In this document: piece by piece, positions 9,492 through 19,749 of the stretch
How the letters are laid out: the number at the start of each line of letters is the position of its first letter
Numbering within the stretch: position 1 is the stretch's first letter
DNA from: Pseudomonadota bacterium
GTDB taxonomy: Bacteria > Bdellovibrionota_B > Oligoflexia > Silvanigrellales > Silvanigrellaceae
Assembly (NCBI GenBank): GCA_039799905.1
Contig: JBDLRP010000034.1
Location: forward strand, 76,802 to 140,801
Reading direction: 5' to 3'
DNA length: 64,000 nt
Notes under the pieces: model-generated
The model's database searches: none
What the model saw: only the letters and a program-made list of their open reading frames with translations
What the model was told of the DNA's origin: nothing
Position numbers and translations under genes: made by a program

Positions 9492-10352
9492 ATGAATTTT
9501 TCAAAACATGTTTTACTGAAGTATTTCTGCATTGCTGTCTCCTGTTCATCTCTTTTTGCGTGCAAGAAAAGCCCCGACAATACGGCTGAAAATGGCGACG
9601 CAGACGTTGCCTTTGCTCCAGTTGCCGTCGGCGCAGCATATGGAGTCAGTGTCGCAGTTGAAGCCGCAGTCGCAGCTTCCGCTGTTTATGCAATTGACTG
9701 CACTCGTCCTGTCGCGGCCGGTGAAGTCCGTTTTTTTTGTGAGGGCGGTATGAAGTTAGGACAGGCTGCCGTCGGGCTTGTTGTCCGCTCAGTGCAGTCG
9801 CTGACCTCCGCACTCCACTGGTCAACGGCAAACGTTTTGGATTACCTCCGCACTTTGGCAGCGCTGAGGTCCAATACATTGTTGAAGTCAGCACTCATTG
9901 GCACATCGGCTCAATCGGGAATCGCGACAGCTAAAATTTCACCCGCGATTCCATCAGAAAGTGGCCGTAAGAATCTTGCATATGGCGTCAAGCAGTCGGT
10001 GCGGATTGAAGACAGGCAGAAGCGGACTTGCAATTACGTTGCCCAATATGAAGCTCGTCTGATGCCGCGCGACTATAAGGGGAATTGGATGAGCGGAACT
10101 TCGATGCGTTTCTTCTCGAGAGCGCCTTCGGCAGAATCTGCAGAAGCCATGGCGTTGCATTTGTGCGAAGAATATTCAACGGTACATTTTAAAGTGGCAC
10201 CTGGTGTTGCAGGAATCCCACGCAACACAAACGCTTGCAGGAAGCCCAGCTCTTCGGGTGCGTACAAAGAAAAATACCGCACGGCTGATATTGCGTGTCC
10301 GGGAGTCAGGGCATGTTCCAGCGAGACGGATTGTTTTGATCTTCCATTGTGA
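9492..10352 (+). CDS. Hypothetical lipoprotein with hydrophobic Ala/Val segment and Cys-rich C-terminus
   Basis: SD ggagg before ATG 9492; lipobox LFAC-KK; long ORF filling the intergenic space. Confidence 0.7.
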   Translation: MNFSKHVLLKYFCIAVSCSSLFACKKSPDNTAENGDADVAFAPVAVGAAYGVSVAVEAAVAASAVYAIDCTRPVAAGEVRFFCEGGMKLGQAAVGLVVRSVQSLTSALHWSTANVLDYLRTLAALRSNTLLKSALIGTSAQSGIATAKISPAIPSESGRKNLAYGVKQSVRIEDRQKRTCNYVAQYEARLMPRDYKGNWMSGTSMRFFSRAPSAESAEAMALHLCEEYSTVHFKVAPGVAGIPRNTNACRKPSSSGAYKEKYRTADIACPGVRACSSETDCFDLPL

Positions 10353-10358
10353 AGGAGG

Positions 10359-11687
10359 TCAAGACCTTGGAATTTCGCCCGCATTAAACAACGCAAGCAT
10401 GGAAATGTCGTACGTCAGGTTGCTCCAGTCTGTGACACTCGAGGATACGACACGAGTGCTATTCGGTTTGGAGAGTATATTTTCGGCTTCAATGATGATA
10501 TTTGCCGCATGAACAGAGGTCTGCAGACGCTCATAAAACTGATCTTCGGGCAAGTTTAGCTCGTTGAGTCTCCGCAAAATATTCTCGCTTGTGAAAAATA
10601 AACCTGCACCCGCGGGAAGATTCTGTTGACTTTGCGCAGACCAGTCATGCGTTGTGCTGATTCGTAGGGCTGGCAGACGCGTCGGGTTGATTTTCCCTTT
10701 CACATCCGAAAGATTACCAAAAAGGAGCGGTGCCGGCATTCCGGCGCAATGCCACTTGGCAATGCCTGACTTGCGCGCGAGTTCGCCGATGGTGAAACAG
10801 ATCTCGTCGTTTTCGGTCAGCAGATGGGCCAAGCTCGAGATACACTGTGAAAAATATTGGATGAGGTCAGAGAACGACGTCAGTGCAGATGTATGCTCAA
10901 AGAAGCGCAATTGCGCGGCTAAACTCGAAACCAAAGCAATTGTGCGTGACGATGAATGGTTGTTGTCGTTCGGGTTGATCTTCAAAAATATAAAGCGGTA
11001 CAACTCCAGGGTGGGATTGTGATGCAAAAATAAGTGTTCACTGGAATCATTGCTGCTGGGCATACTGAACCCTCGCAGGGTCTGGGCAAAAACAAACGGT
11101 GACTGCGCTTGGTAGATCGCGCCGCCTAGTCTTCTGCCAAGGACATTTTCAGCCTGTTTTTCCCACACCTCTTTGAACAGTATGTGTTCTTCACGCAGGC
11201 TCATGGCCTGAGTAACAGCGGTGCTGAATGCTTCAGTGACTTGCCCGACGATAGGTTGAGTGGCGGGAGAGGGTTGTTCCTTGTGATAGACCAATATTTC
11301 GATCGCGTGTTTGTGAAGTTCAAAGGGCACAATCACATGGGTTTTGAAGAGCTCTTCACGCGAGGTTTCCACCGGTCGCGTTTGGCTTGGCATCAGCACC
11401 CGGTTTTGTAGTCGATAAAAAGCATCAATCTTGAACGTGGGGTCCGGCAACCAGAGATGCGAGACACTGACGTCGATGTGCAGATGCGCTGCAACTGGCT
11501 GAAGCTGGATGAGCCCCTGACAGATCGCATTTGTTGCGTGTCGTGCAAAGGTTTCAAAATTCATCGCCGGCGACAGATGTGAAAGATGTCGTGGCACCGA
11601 AGTGAAAGCCTTGAACCACGCATCCCATGGCACCACGACCTGACTTTCACTTTGTTTACCGAAGATTTCGCTGATAAGCGTTTTCAT
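10359..11687 (-). CDS. Degenerate SpoIIE/PP2C-family domain protein with possible N-terminal GAF-like region
   Basis: AKWHCAGMPAPLL resembles the SpoIIE 'NAGHPPPLL'; LPAGAGLFFTSENI resembles 'LxPGDxLLLYTDGL'; YDISMLAL resembles 'DDITLLVL'. SD-like gaggg before ATG 11687. Confidence 0.55.
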   Translation of the reverse strand: MKTLISEIFGKQSESQVVVPWDAWFKAFTSVPRHLSHLSPAMNFETFARHATNAICQGLIQLQPVAAHLHIDVSVSHLWLPDPTFKIDAFYRLQNRVLMPSQTRPVETSREELFKTHVIVPFELHKHAIEILVYHKEQPSPATQPIVGQVTEAFSTAVTQAMSLREEHILFKEVWEKQAENVLGRRLGGAIYQAQSPFVFAQTLRGFSMPSSNDSSEHLFLHHNPTLELYRFIFLKINPNDNNHSSSRTIALVSSLAAQLRFFEHTSALTSFSDLIQYFSQCISSLAHLLTENDEICFTIGELARKSGIAKWHCAGMPAPLLFGNLSDVKGKINPTRLPALRISTTHDWSAQSQQNLPAGAGLFFTSENILRRLNELNLPEDQFYERLQTSVHAANIIIEAENILSKPNSTRVVSSSVTDWSNLTYDISMLALFNAGEIPRS

Positions 11688-11735
11688 TTGCACCCTCGCT
11701 CAAGCCGATGCGGTCAACCGTTGTTGCTTCCCGGC

Positions 11736-12839
11736 TCATTCCTTCCGAGCTGTCGGAGACTCGGGCTGGGTATTCTCCGTTTCACTTCTGACCTCGGCCC
11801 AGACGGTATCAATTTGTTCGCTCGCCGCCCCCAAATCAGTGAGCAGCTCAAGTCGGCTTTCAACCTCTTTCGGTGGATAAATAGCGACGTTGCCAAGCTC
11901 GTCCGCAGGCAGCATGTCGCGGGCCGACTGGTTGGTGGTCGCGTAGTGGATTGACAGCGCGATGCGTTGGTTGACTTCGGGTGTCATTACAAAGTTGATG
12001 AATTCTGCTGCGAGTGCGGCGTTGGGTGCCCCCGTCGGTATAGCAAGGTTGTCTACCCAAAGTGTTGCGCCGTCTTCGGGTATAACATAGCGCAGTTCGG
12101 GGTTGGTTTTCTGCATTTTGACAACGTCGCCGCTGTACGCCTGCGCCATCCAAAGGTCGCCGGAGGCAAGCAAATCTTTGTAACTCATTGTGTCAAATCG
12201 GCTGATCAGCGGCTTGAGAGCAATGACTTTTTGCTTGGCGAGGGAAAGCTCCTCACGGACGGTGGAATTGAGCGAGTGGCCGTTTGACTTGAGTGCCGCG
12301 CCCAAGACTTCGCGGGGGTCGTCGAGCAGACTGAGACGTTTTGCTGCGGGCTGTGTAAAAGCGGGGTCAAAAAACTCTTTCCACGTTTTTGGAGGATTGC
12401 TGATTTTTGCTGAGTTATATGCAAAACCAGTGGTTCCCCACATATAGGGAACGGTGTACTCCAGTTGCGGGTCATAGCCCACGCTGCGGAACTGCTCAGC
12501 CAGATGGGACAAATTCGGAATTTTTTCCTTCGGCAGTTTCATTAACAGATTTTCCTGCCGCATGGTGGTTATCATGTAGTCCGAGGGAACGATGACGTCG
12601 TAACCTCCGCCGCCCGCCTTGAGTTTTGAGATCATCACTTCATTGGAGGGAAAATTCTCTTCGATGACTTTGACCGAGTATTTTGTCTCGAACTCTTTGA
12701 TAATTCCTTTGTCAATGTAGTCGGTCCAGACGTACAAACGTAGTGTTTGCTTGGCTCCAGCCGAGTTGTTCTGCATGTAGGTCAGTGCTGCTACGGCCGC
12801 GATTCCGGCGCCGGCGGCAACTGTCAGTGTCTTCTTCAT
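11736..12839 (-). CDS. potD: Spermidine/putrescine ABC transporter substrate-binding protein
   Basis: LYVWTDYID, SNEVMISKL, YDVIVPSDY, PYMWGTTG, LLDDPRE, WVDNLAIP; last of a potA-B-C-D run. Confidence 0.93.
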   Translation of the reverse strand: MKKTLTVAAGAGIAAVAALTYMQNNSAGAKQTLRLYVWTDYIDKGIIKEFETKYSVKVIEENFPSNEVMISKLKAGGGGYDVIVPSDYMITTMRQENLLMKLPKEKIPNLSHLAEQFRSVGYDPQLEYTVPYMWGTTGFAYNSAKISNPPKTWKEFFDPAFTQPAAKRLSLLDDPREVLGAALKSNGHSLNSTVREELSLAKQKVIALKPLISRFDTMSYKDLLASGDLWMAQAYSGDVVKMQKTNPELRYVIPEDGATLWVDNLAIPTGAPNAALAAEFINFVMTPEVNQRIALSIHYATTNQSARDMLPADELGNVAIYPPKEVESRLELLTDLGAASEQIDTVWAEVRSETENTQPESPTARKE

Positions 12840-12866
12840 TGCAAATCCCTTTCAGCGTGAATTCAC

Positions 12867-13694
12867 TCAATTCGTCTTACGATTGAGGAAAAGCCCCATT
12901 GTAAAAAATCCCAGCGCTATAAACAGTAAAATGGATGATACCACGTTGATTTCCGGTGTCATCGCTCTGCGGCCCTGAAGTGACCAAATGTAGAGCGGCA
13001 GGGTCTGCAATGAACTGCCTCCCGTCGATAAAAAGTAACTGACGTAGAAGTCATCCAAAGAGACTGCGAATGAAATACAGGCTGCTGCTGCAAGTGCGGG
13101 CGCGATTTGCGGCAGCAGCACATGCTGAAAAATATCCCAGCGACTGGCACCCAAATCTCGTGCTGCAAGCTCCTGTTGGATGTCATAGTTTTTGAATCTG
13201 GTGCGCAGGATGAGTGCTGCGTATCCAAGCGCTAGCGTTGTATGTCCAAGTACAACGGCCGTCAGGGATGATATTGGAATGCCAAGTTGCAAGGCGGTCG
13301 GTCGGAAGACCCGTACTGTCATCACGAGGAGCCCTATCGCTATCACAATCTCGGGAATGAAGAGTGGAAGACTGATGAGCGAGTCGGATGCGCCTGCAAG
13401 ACGCTTTCCCGCATTTCGGTGTGCCCAGAATGCATATAGAAAACCGAGCAACACAGCCAGCAGTGAGCTTATCATCGCAACTGCGAGACTGTTGAAAAGT
13501 GCGGTGAGCAGTGCGTCGTTGGCAAGTGCCTCCGCGTACCAGCGCAGCGAGAACCCCTCCCAGCGGAGTGCGAAAGCGCCTGCATTGAAACCATAAAAAA
13601 ACAACGACGCTATCGGCAGATAGAGAAGAATCAAGACACAGATGCTCCAGCCGGCAAGCAGCCTGCTGTTCACCCGATTTGTAGTAGAGACCAT
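12867..13694 (-). CDS. potC: Spermidine/putrescine ABC transporter permease
   Basis: LLYLPI..., WEGFSLRWY, PEIVIAIGLL, EAA loop ELAARDLGAS, SFAVSLDDF, TPEINVVS. Confidence 0.9.
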   Translation of the reverse strand: MVSTTNRVNSRLLAGWSICVLILLYLPIASLFFYGFNAGAFALRWEGFSLRWYAEALANDALLTALFNSLAVAMISSLLAVLLGFLYAFWAHRNAGKRLAGASDSLISLPLFIPEIVIAIGLLVMTVRVFRPTALQLGIPISSLTAVVLGHTTLALGYAALILRTRFKNYDIQQELAARDLGASRWDIFQHVLLPQIAPALAAAACISFAVSLDDFYVSYFLSTGGSSLQTLPLYIWSLQGRRAMTPEINVVSSILLFIALGFFTMGLFLNRKTN

Positions 13695-14521
13695 GTTGAT
13701 TTTTGTCCTGTGCCGCGGCGTGAGAGCATTTTTACTGCAATGAATATTGTTAGAACAGCGCATGTGAGCAGACAGACGCTGAGCGCCGCTCCAAACGGCC
13801 AGTTTGGTCGAGTGCTGCCGAGGAACTGGCTTTCAATCTGTGTTCCTAGCGTTGCCACCAATCCGCCGCCGATCATGCGCGGAATCAGATATTCACCCAG
13901 CATGGGGACGAAAACGAAAATGAAGCTGGCAATCAGTCCCGGAATGATTTCCGGCAAAACAATTTTACTCCAGCGCTGGAACAAAGACGCTCCCAAATCG
14001 GTGGCGGCGTCCAGTTGGTTTTGATCAAGCCGTTCAAAAACACTGAAAAGGGGCAAGATAATGAGAGGCAAATATCCGTAATAAAGGCTTATGAAGACAC
14101 CCGCGGGGCTGCTTGCCAGCGGGATGGCGTAGCCCACGGCGTTCAAAAATTGTGTGAGCATTCCTTCAGGTCTGATGAGAACGAACCACGCATAAATTCG
14201 GACAACGAAATTGATTCCGAGCGGGATGCAAAAGAAGGCCAGCCAAAAATTTTGTCTGTGGCGGCTTTGCCGCGAAATATACCAAGTGATTGGGATTGCA
14301 GTCACCAGGACGGCCGACGCCGCCAGCAACGAATTGACAACACTCGAGAGAATGATTCCTGCATAGGGTGGACTCAGTGCTCTGCCAAACTGGCTTAAAC
14401 CGAGTGTATCGTTGGCGTTGCCATATGAGTTTTGTTGGAGGCTCAAAAGTAGCAGCCACAGAAATGGCAGCATGACAAAGAGGACTATCCACAGTTTTGC
14501 CGGAAGTCCCGTCCACCTCAT
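13670..14521 (-). CDS. potB: Spermidine/putrescine ABC transporter permease
   Basis: INFVVRIYAW, YGYLPLIILPL, DAATDLGAS, VFVPMLGEYLIP..IGG, NWPFGAALS. Confidence 0.92.
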   Translation of the reverse strand: MRWTGLPAKLWIVLFVMLPFLWLLLLSLQQNSYGNANDTLGLSQFGRALSPPYAGIILSSVVNSLLAASAVLVTAIPITWYISRQSRHRQNFWLAFFCIPLGINFVVRIYAWFVLIRPEGMLTQFLNAVGYAIPLASSPAGVFISLYYGYLPLIILPLFSVFERLDQNQLDAATDLGASLFQRWSKIVLPEIIPGLIASFIFVFVPMLGEYLIPRMIGGGLVATLGTQIESQFLGSTRPNWPFGAALSVCLLTCAVLTIFIAVKMLSRRGTGQKSTWSLLQIG

Positions 14522-15624
14522 TGAACCGGACTCCGCCAGAAAAAAGGCAGCTTTGTGGCGCTGACTGTGAGCGCGACCGATGTTCCTGCGTCCAGTGGTG
14601 GTCTTGCCGAAACGGGAACGTCAATCGTAAGCGGCTGCTGATCGCTTTCTGAGAGATTCACAAAATAGCGAATTTGCGCACCAAGATACTGCCTCATCAA
14701 AATCACGCCCTTGAGGTGTTCAGCGCCGTTGGTTGCCAGCGGTTGGATTGTAAACTGTTCTGGTCTGACGAGTACGTCGCCGTTGCCTTTTTGATTGGCG
14801 GATAAGTTGGAACCAGCGCTCGTCTCGATTGAACTCAACTGGAATTCCGCAGATGAAAGCCGGCAGCGTGCGCGTGTTTCGGAGATGATCTCTGCGGCAA
14901 GGAAATTTGCGTTGCCAATAAACTGTGCGACAAACCTGTTGGCCGGCGTTTCATAAAGCTCTTCGGGTGACGCAATCTGCTGAAGCTCTCCACCGTTGAG
15001 AATCGCGATTCTGTCCGACATCGTGAATGCTTCTTCCTGATCGTGGGTCACGTATATGAAGGTCATTCCCAAGTGCCGCTGAAGTGCCTTCAATTCAACC
15101 TGCATCTGTTTGCGGAGCTGGAGGTCTAAGGCACCGAGCGGCTCGTCGAGGAGAACAAGTTTGGGGCGCGGCGCAATGGCACGGGCGAGTGCGATGCGCT
15201 GCTGCTGACCTCCGGAAAGATCGCCTATCCGTCTTTGCGCGAATGAATCCATCCGCACCAACTCGAGCGATTCGCGAACCCGCTTTCGTATCTCATCTTC
15301 AGCACACTTTTGCATACGCAGACCAAAAGCGACGTTTTCGAAAACGTTCATATGCGGGAACAGGGCATAGTTTTGGAACACGAGATTCAAATCACGTTTA
15401 TTCGCCGGAAGCTGTGTGATGGGAGCTCCATTCCAAAACAGCTCGCCGGAAGCGGGCTTCAAAAATCCTGAAATAATTTTGAGAAGGGTTGTCTTTCCGC
15501 ACCCTGACGGTCCAAGCAGAGAGAAGAACTCTCCTTCTCTAACCTCGAGGGAAATGTCATTCAGAACAGGACGGGAATCCAGCGCAGCGGAAAGATTTTT
15601 GATGGTCAGCAGAGGTGTTGTCAT
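14518..15624 (-). CDS. potA: Spermidine/putrescine ABC transporter ATP-binding protein
   Basis: GPSGCGKTT, VFQNYALFPHM, LSGGQQQRIALARA, LLDEPLGALDLQLRKQMQ, C-terminal TOBE-like region. Confidence 0.93.
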   Translation of the reverse strand: MTTPLLTIKNLSAALDSRPVLNDISLEVREGEFFSLLGPSGCGKTTLLKIISGFLKPASGELFWNGAPITQLPANKRDLNLVFQNYALFPHMNVFENVAFGLRMQKCAEDEIRKRVRESLELVRMDSFAQRRIGDLSGGQQQRIALARAIAPRPKLVLLDEPLGALDLQLRKQMQVELKALQRHLGMTFIYVTHDQEEAFTMSDRIAILNGGELQQIASPEELYETPANRFVAQFIGNANFLAAEIISETRARCRLSSAEFQLSSIETSAGSNLSANQKGNGDVLVRPEQFTIQPLATNGAEHLKGVILMRQYLGAQIRYFVNLSESDQQPLTIDVPVSARPPLDAGTSVALTVSATKLPFFWRSPVQ

Positions 15625-15679
15625 GAAATTTGATTCACTTCACGAGACTTTTTCAACTTTATCTCCCGCAATTGAATTG

Positions 15680-16420
15680 TCACAAAAGATACAACAGCCT
15701 GATGATAGCGCCGCCCGCCCATTGTTTTGCCAGCCCCTGAAAGTAAGGTTCCAGTTCCTGCAGCATCAGGTCAAGTTCGTTTTCGTTCAATGTGGGTACT
15801 GCAACTGAGTTATCTCGTGTGTAGTCGACGCTCGCCCAGCCAGTCGATTTCAATGGAAAATCGAAAAATGACGCGACGTCAAAAGCCAGTGAAGGCGAAA
15901 CATAGAATCTAAACCCAGCACTGCCGGTAGCGCCGACTGCGATCCCCAACGACCTGAAGGTGAGTGGTTCGTCCGTAATTGTTGTGTATGCCGCACTCAC
16001 GAGGCTATTTCGGATCGTGGCTCCAGCGGTCAGAAAGACACTTTGACCCAACCATACTGTTGCCTCTGGGATGGCCAGTGAGATTTCGCTGAGCGATGCC
16101 GAGTTTGTGACAAGTCGGTCGGAGTAGACGCTGACTTCTGCTGCTTGAGTGAAGCTGTCGCGCAGAGAAAGGTAGGAAAATCCGACCCTCAAACCGAGCT
16201 GCGCAGGGCCCATCGGAATTGCCCCCTGTAAAACGACCTGTGGGCGAACGAGGGGGAAGAGAAGTCCGCCACCGATGCCAATCTCATGATCTGATTCCAT
16301 TTCGTCGTTTGCCGATGCCGTGGAACGCATGGCCAGCAAAGCCAGTGCCCCAACGGTGAGCAGCGGGACGCGGGATGTCAGCGAGGCAAAGAATGTCACA
16401 AGTGAACACCTTTGTAGCAT
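15680..16420 (-). CDS. Hypothetical exported protein, possible small outer-membrane beta-barrel
   Basis: Signal-like N-terminus, alternating beta-strand pattern (LGLRVGFSYL, GSAGFRFYV), C-terminal AIIRLLYLL. Confidence 0.55.
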   Translation of the reverse strand: MLQRCSLVTFFASLTSRVPLLTVGALALLAMRSTASANDEMESDHEIGIGGGLLFPLVRPQVVLQGAIPMGPAQLGLRVGFSYLSLRDSFTQAAEVSVYSDRLVTNSASLSEISLAIPEATVWLGQSVFLTAGATIRNSLVSAAYTTITDEPLTFRSLGIAVGATGSAGFRFYVSPSLAFDVASFFDFPLKSTGWASVDYTRDNSVAVPTLNENELDLMLQELEPYFQGLAKQWAGGAIIRLLYLL

Positions 16421-16553
16421 TTTGTGTGTTTAAACTGCGGTGCGGGCATTATAGACTACTTGTTTGTTATGGAAAACAGTCAGTTGCTGGTTTGTGTCGG
16501 ATTGCAATTTGCACTGTCCGGTGATAGTCCGGCAGTCGAAGGAGATACCACCC

Positions 16554-17132
16554 ATGACGATGTATGAAACCCGAGACTTCCGCAGAGGCCTTAAGATTGA
16601 AATGAACAACGATCCATGGGTGATTGTTGACTTCCAGCACGTCAATCCGGGGAAGGGTGCGGCCTTTACCCGCACGAAAATGAGAAACCTCCGCACGGGC
16701 CAGGTTCTTGAGCAGAACATTAAGAGCGGTGACAAGGTCGCAAAGCCTGACACCGAAGAACGCAATATGCAGTATCTGTATCGTGATTCTGAAGGCTATC
16801 ACTTCATGGATCAGCAGAACTATGAACAAATCTCTCTCAGCGAAGATTATGTCGCCGACACGAAATATTATCTGTTGGAAAACTCAGTGCTGAAGGTTCT
16901 TTATTATCAGGGAAAACCGATTGCTTGTGAAACAGACACGTTCTGCGAATTGAAGGTTGTCGAAACTCCTCCGGGTGTACGTGGTGACACGGCGACTGGT
17001 GGTACCAAGCAGGCAACGCTGGAAACCGGTTTGGTTGTCTCGGTTCCTTTTCACATAAACGAAGGCGATGTGTTGCGTATCGATACGCGCGACAATTCCT
17101 ACGCTGACCGCGTCAGTGTGCGCGGAAAATAG
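16554..17132 (+). CDS. efp: Translation elongation factor P
   Basis: FQHVNPGKGAAFTRTKMRNL, MQYLYRD, TPPGVRGDTATGGTKQATLETG; SD aaggag before ATG 16554. Confidence 0.98.
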   Translation: MTMYETRDFRRGLKIEMNNDPWVIVDFQHVNPGKGAAFTRTKMRNLRTGQVLEQNIKSGDKVAKPDTEERNMQYLYRDSEGYHFMDQQNYEQISLSEDYVADTKYYLLENSVLKVLYYQGKPIACETDTFCELKVVETPPGVRGDTATGGTKQATLETGLVVSVPFHINEGDVLRIDTRDNSYADRVSVRGK

Positions 17133-17148
17133 TTTTGAATCGTGCCAA

Positions 17149-17179
17149 CCCGCGGCCCCATGCCGCGGGGCTTTTTTTT
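17149..17179 (+). terminator. Rho-independent terminator after efp
   Basis: Stem cccgcggc/gccgcggg with a 5-nt loop, followed by gc and T8. Confidence 0.8.
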
Positions 17180-17216
17180 GAGTGAATCAAGTCCCTGAAC
17201 GAGGAGAGTTGTCTGC

Positions 17217-17762
17217 ATGATCGACCTTGGCAAAGTAGAAAAACTTATGTCCTTGATGGCTCAATACGGAGTCGACGTTGTTCAGGCCGAAACCGGCCCT
17301 GAGAAAATTTCTCTTGCGAAGTCTGCAAATGCACTTGCGGCATTGGGCAACCTGAACGCGGCGCCGCAGCTGGCAGATAGTTCTGCGCACTTGCGCTCGG
17401 CAGCAAATGCTTCCGCATCTAACCCGGCTCAGTCGGCGGTCGCTTCTTCGGCTGCGCAAACTCAGACTGCACCTTCCCCAGCATCGGCAGCTCCGGCACA
17501 ACCGGCGGTAAAGCCGATTCCTGAGGGAACGACCATCAGCAGTCCGTTCGTTGGTACCTTCTACCGCTCTCCGTCTCCTGACTCGCCTGTCTATGTCGAC
17601 GTGGGCAGCAAGGTCAAAAAGGGGCAGACGCTCTGCATCGTGGAAGCAATGAAGTTGATGAATGAAATTGAGGCTGAAATGGACGGCGAGGTGGTTGGCA
17701 TTCTTGTCGAAAATGCGAAACCGGTCGAGTTCGGCACACCCTTGTTTGTTATTAAATCCTGA
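17217..17762 (+). CDS. accB: Acetyl-CoA carboxylase biotin carboxyl carrier protein
   Basis: [13 protein letters not shown] and biotinylation motif EAMKLMNEI; Ala/Pro linker. Confidence 0.97.
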   Translation: MIDLGKVEKLMSLMAQYGVDVVQAETGPEKISLAKSANALAALGNLNAAPQLADSSAHLRSAANASASNPAQSAVASSAAQTQTAPSPASAAPAQPAVKPIPEGTTISSPFVGTFYRSPSPDSPVYVDVGSKVKKGQTLCIVEAMKLMNEIEAEMDGEVVGILVENAKPVEFGTPLFVIKS

Positions 17763-17788
17763 CCGTCTGCAAACGACACGGGGGAAAT

Positions 17789-19141
17789 ATGAAAAAAATT
17801 CTCATTGCCAACCGCGGCGAGATTGCCGTGCGCATCATTCGCGCGTGCCGTGAGCTCGGTCTCAAGACTGTTGCCGTCTACTCTCAGGCTGACAAACACA
17901 GCCTGCATGCGAAACTTGCGGACGAGGCTATCTGTATCGGTCCTGCCGAAAGTAAAAAAAGCTACTTGAATATTCCTGCGATCATGGCCGCTGCGGAAGT
18001 GAGCGGTGCTGATGCTATTCATCCAGGCTATGGGTTTTTGTCAGAGAACGCTGCCTTTGCGGATGTGTGCCGGAAGTGTGAGATCATTTTCATCGGGCCA
18101 ACGCCAGAGCAAATGCGTGACTTGGGTGAGAAGGTCGCAGCACGAGCTGTCGCGCGTCGTGCAGGCCTGCCATTTCTCCCTGGATCCAATGGAGCATTGC
18201 CCGATCAGGAAACTGCACGTCGTACAGCGCGTGAAATCGGCTATCCGGTGATCTTAAAGGCGAGCGGCGGCGGCGGCGGTCGCGGCATGAAGATCGTTTA
18301 CAACGATGCAGAGCTTGAGAAGGCATATCTCAACTGTCGTACCGAAGCGGCTGCGGCGTTCGGAAATTCTGAAGTATATTTGGAGAAGTACCTCGAGAAT
18401 CCGCGTCATGTGGAGATTCAGGTGCTCGCCGACAAGTTCGGCAACATGATTCATCTGGGCGAACGCGACTGCAGCGTTCAAAGGCGGCACCAGAAGGTGA
18501 TCGAAGAAGCACCGTGTCCACACATTACCCCCGAATTGCGCAACAAGGTGGGTGGTTATGCGCTCTCGCTCGCGCGAGAGGTCGGGTACCATGGTGCAGG
18601 TACGGTCGAATTCCTGATGGACGACGACAAGAACGTCTATTTTATGGAAATGAATACGCGCATTCAGGTTGAGCATCCGGTCACCGAGCAGGTGACTGGA
18701 ATCGATTTGTTGCAATGGCAGATCAAAGTGGCTTTCGGAGAGAAGCTTCCTTTCAGTCAGGACGACGTGAAGATTCACGGACACGCGATTGAATGCCGAA
18801 TCAATGCCGAAGATCCAAAAACCTTTGCTCCATGGCCAGGGCAAATCACCAACTACAGCGTACCAGGTGGATTCGGCATTCGCGTCGACGGCTTTGCCTA
18901 CCATGGCTATACTGTCGTTCCGCACTATGATTCTCTGGTCGCCAAACTGATTGTCCATGCGGACACGCGTGAACAGGCGTTGGCAAAAATGGAGTCGGCG
19001 CTGCGCGAATACATTATCGACGGTATCCGCACGAATATTCCTTTTCATTTGGACGTTCTTGCGCATCCAGAATTCCGCAACAGCAGGCATTCAACCCGCT
19101 TTTTGGAACGTGCTGGATTCGTTAAAACCAAGGGTAGCTGA
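17789..19141 (+). CDS. accC: Acetyl-CoA carboxylase biotin carboxylase
   Basis: [57 protein letters not shown]. Confidence 0.98.
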   Translation: MKKILIANRGEIAVRIIRACRELGLKTVAVYSQADKHSLHAKLADEAICIGPAESKKSYLNIPAIMAAAEVSGADAIHPGYGFLSENAAFADVCRKCEIIFIGPTPEQMRDLGEKVAARAVARRAGLPFLPGSNGALPDQETARRTAREIGYPVILKASGGGGGRGMKIVYNDAELEKAYLNCRTEAAAAFGNSEVYLEKYLENPRHVEIQVLADKFGNMIHLGERDCSVQRRHQKVIEEAPCPHITPELRNKVGGYALSLAREVGYHGAGTVEFLMDDDKNVYFMEMNTRIQVEHPVTEQVTGIDLLQWQIKVAFGEKLPFSQDDVKIHGHAIECRINAEDPKTFAPWPGQITNYSVPGGFGIRVDGFAYHGYTVVPHYDSLVAKLIVHADTREQALAKMESALREYIIDGIRTNIPFHLDVLAHPEFRNSRHSTRFLERAGFVKTKGS

Positions 19142-19171
19142 TTGGCTCATAGCCCCAGATTGAACTCGATC

Positions 19172-19211
19172 AAAAAAAGGCGACCTGAGTATTTCTCAGT
19201 TCGCTTTTTTT
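19172..19211. terminator. Bidirectional rho-independent terminator
   Basis: A7-ggcgacctgag / ctcagttcgc-T7 hairpin between convergent accC and 19216-19749. Confidence 0.8.
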
Positions 19212-19215
19212 ATTT

Positions 19216-19749
19216 TCAGTGAAAAAGAACTGACCCATAAAAGAGGTCGTTTTCGAGCGACACCGGCATGATGTTGGTCGCGACTTTGATTTTTCCTTCC
19301 GGAGTCTTCAGCTTCAGAAGTTTTGCCTTGTTGACGTCAAGCGATCCGTCACAAATCAACACGTCTGAATCGGCAGCGTTGTCGAGCAGCGACACATCGC
19401 TCGATGCACAGCCAGTCGTCAGATGTTTGGTGCGAAACTCATCTGCGCGCAAAACGTAATAGGGGATTTCGTCCTGCGGATTTGCGAAAAAAAGGATTTC
19501 CGCATTTGAGTCAGAAGTGACTTCTTTGCCTCCGCTCATGAATTGCAGAAGAAGTTTTTTGGGCGGTGCTTCGGGCAAATTTTCAGTGAGATTCTGAACT
19601 GGAATAGGAGTGAGAACCACCGACTCTCCCACCTTGAGCCTCACAAGATTCGGCTGCCGCTGGCCGCACGACTGGTGCAAGAAAACCGATGAAAGCATGA
19701 CCGCCGATGCCGTGATGCCCAGTGCAATGTTAATCAATGACTTCTTCAT
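19216..19749 (-). CDS. Hypothetical exported protein/lipoprotein
   Basis: MKK + hydrophobic helix + LHQSC-G (atypical lipobox); 4-bp overlap with the upstream lipoprotein gene. Confidence 0.7.
   Translation of the reverse strand: MKKSLINIALGITASAVMLSSVFLHQSCGQRQPNLVRLKVGESVVLTPIPVQNLTENLPEAPPKKLLLQFMSGGKEVTSDSNAEILFFANPQDEIPYYVLRADEFRTKHLTTGCASSDVSLLDNAADSDVLICDGSLDVNKAKLLKLKTPEGKIKVATNIMPVSLENDLFYGSVLFH

Noticed and set aside
18254..19090. 278-aa antisense ORF
   Set aside because: Lies wholly opposite accC, with no motifs; a codon-bias shadow. The same applies to 5145..5747, 31499..32386, 47310..48116, 56628..57386 and 63036..63830.
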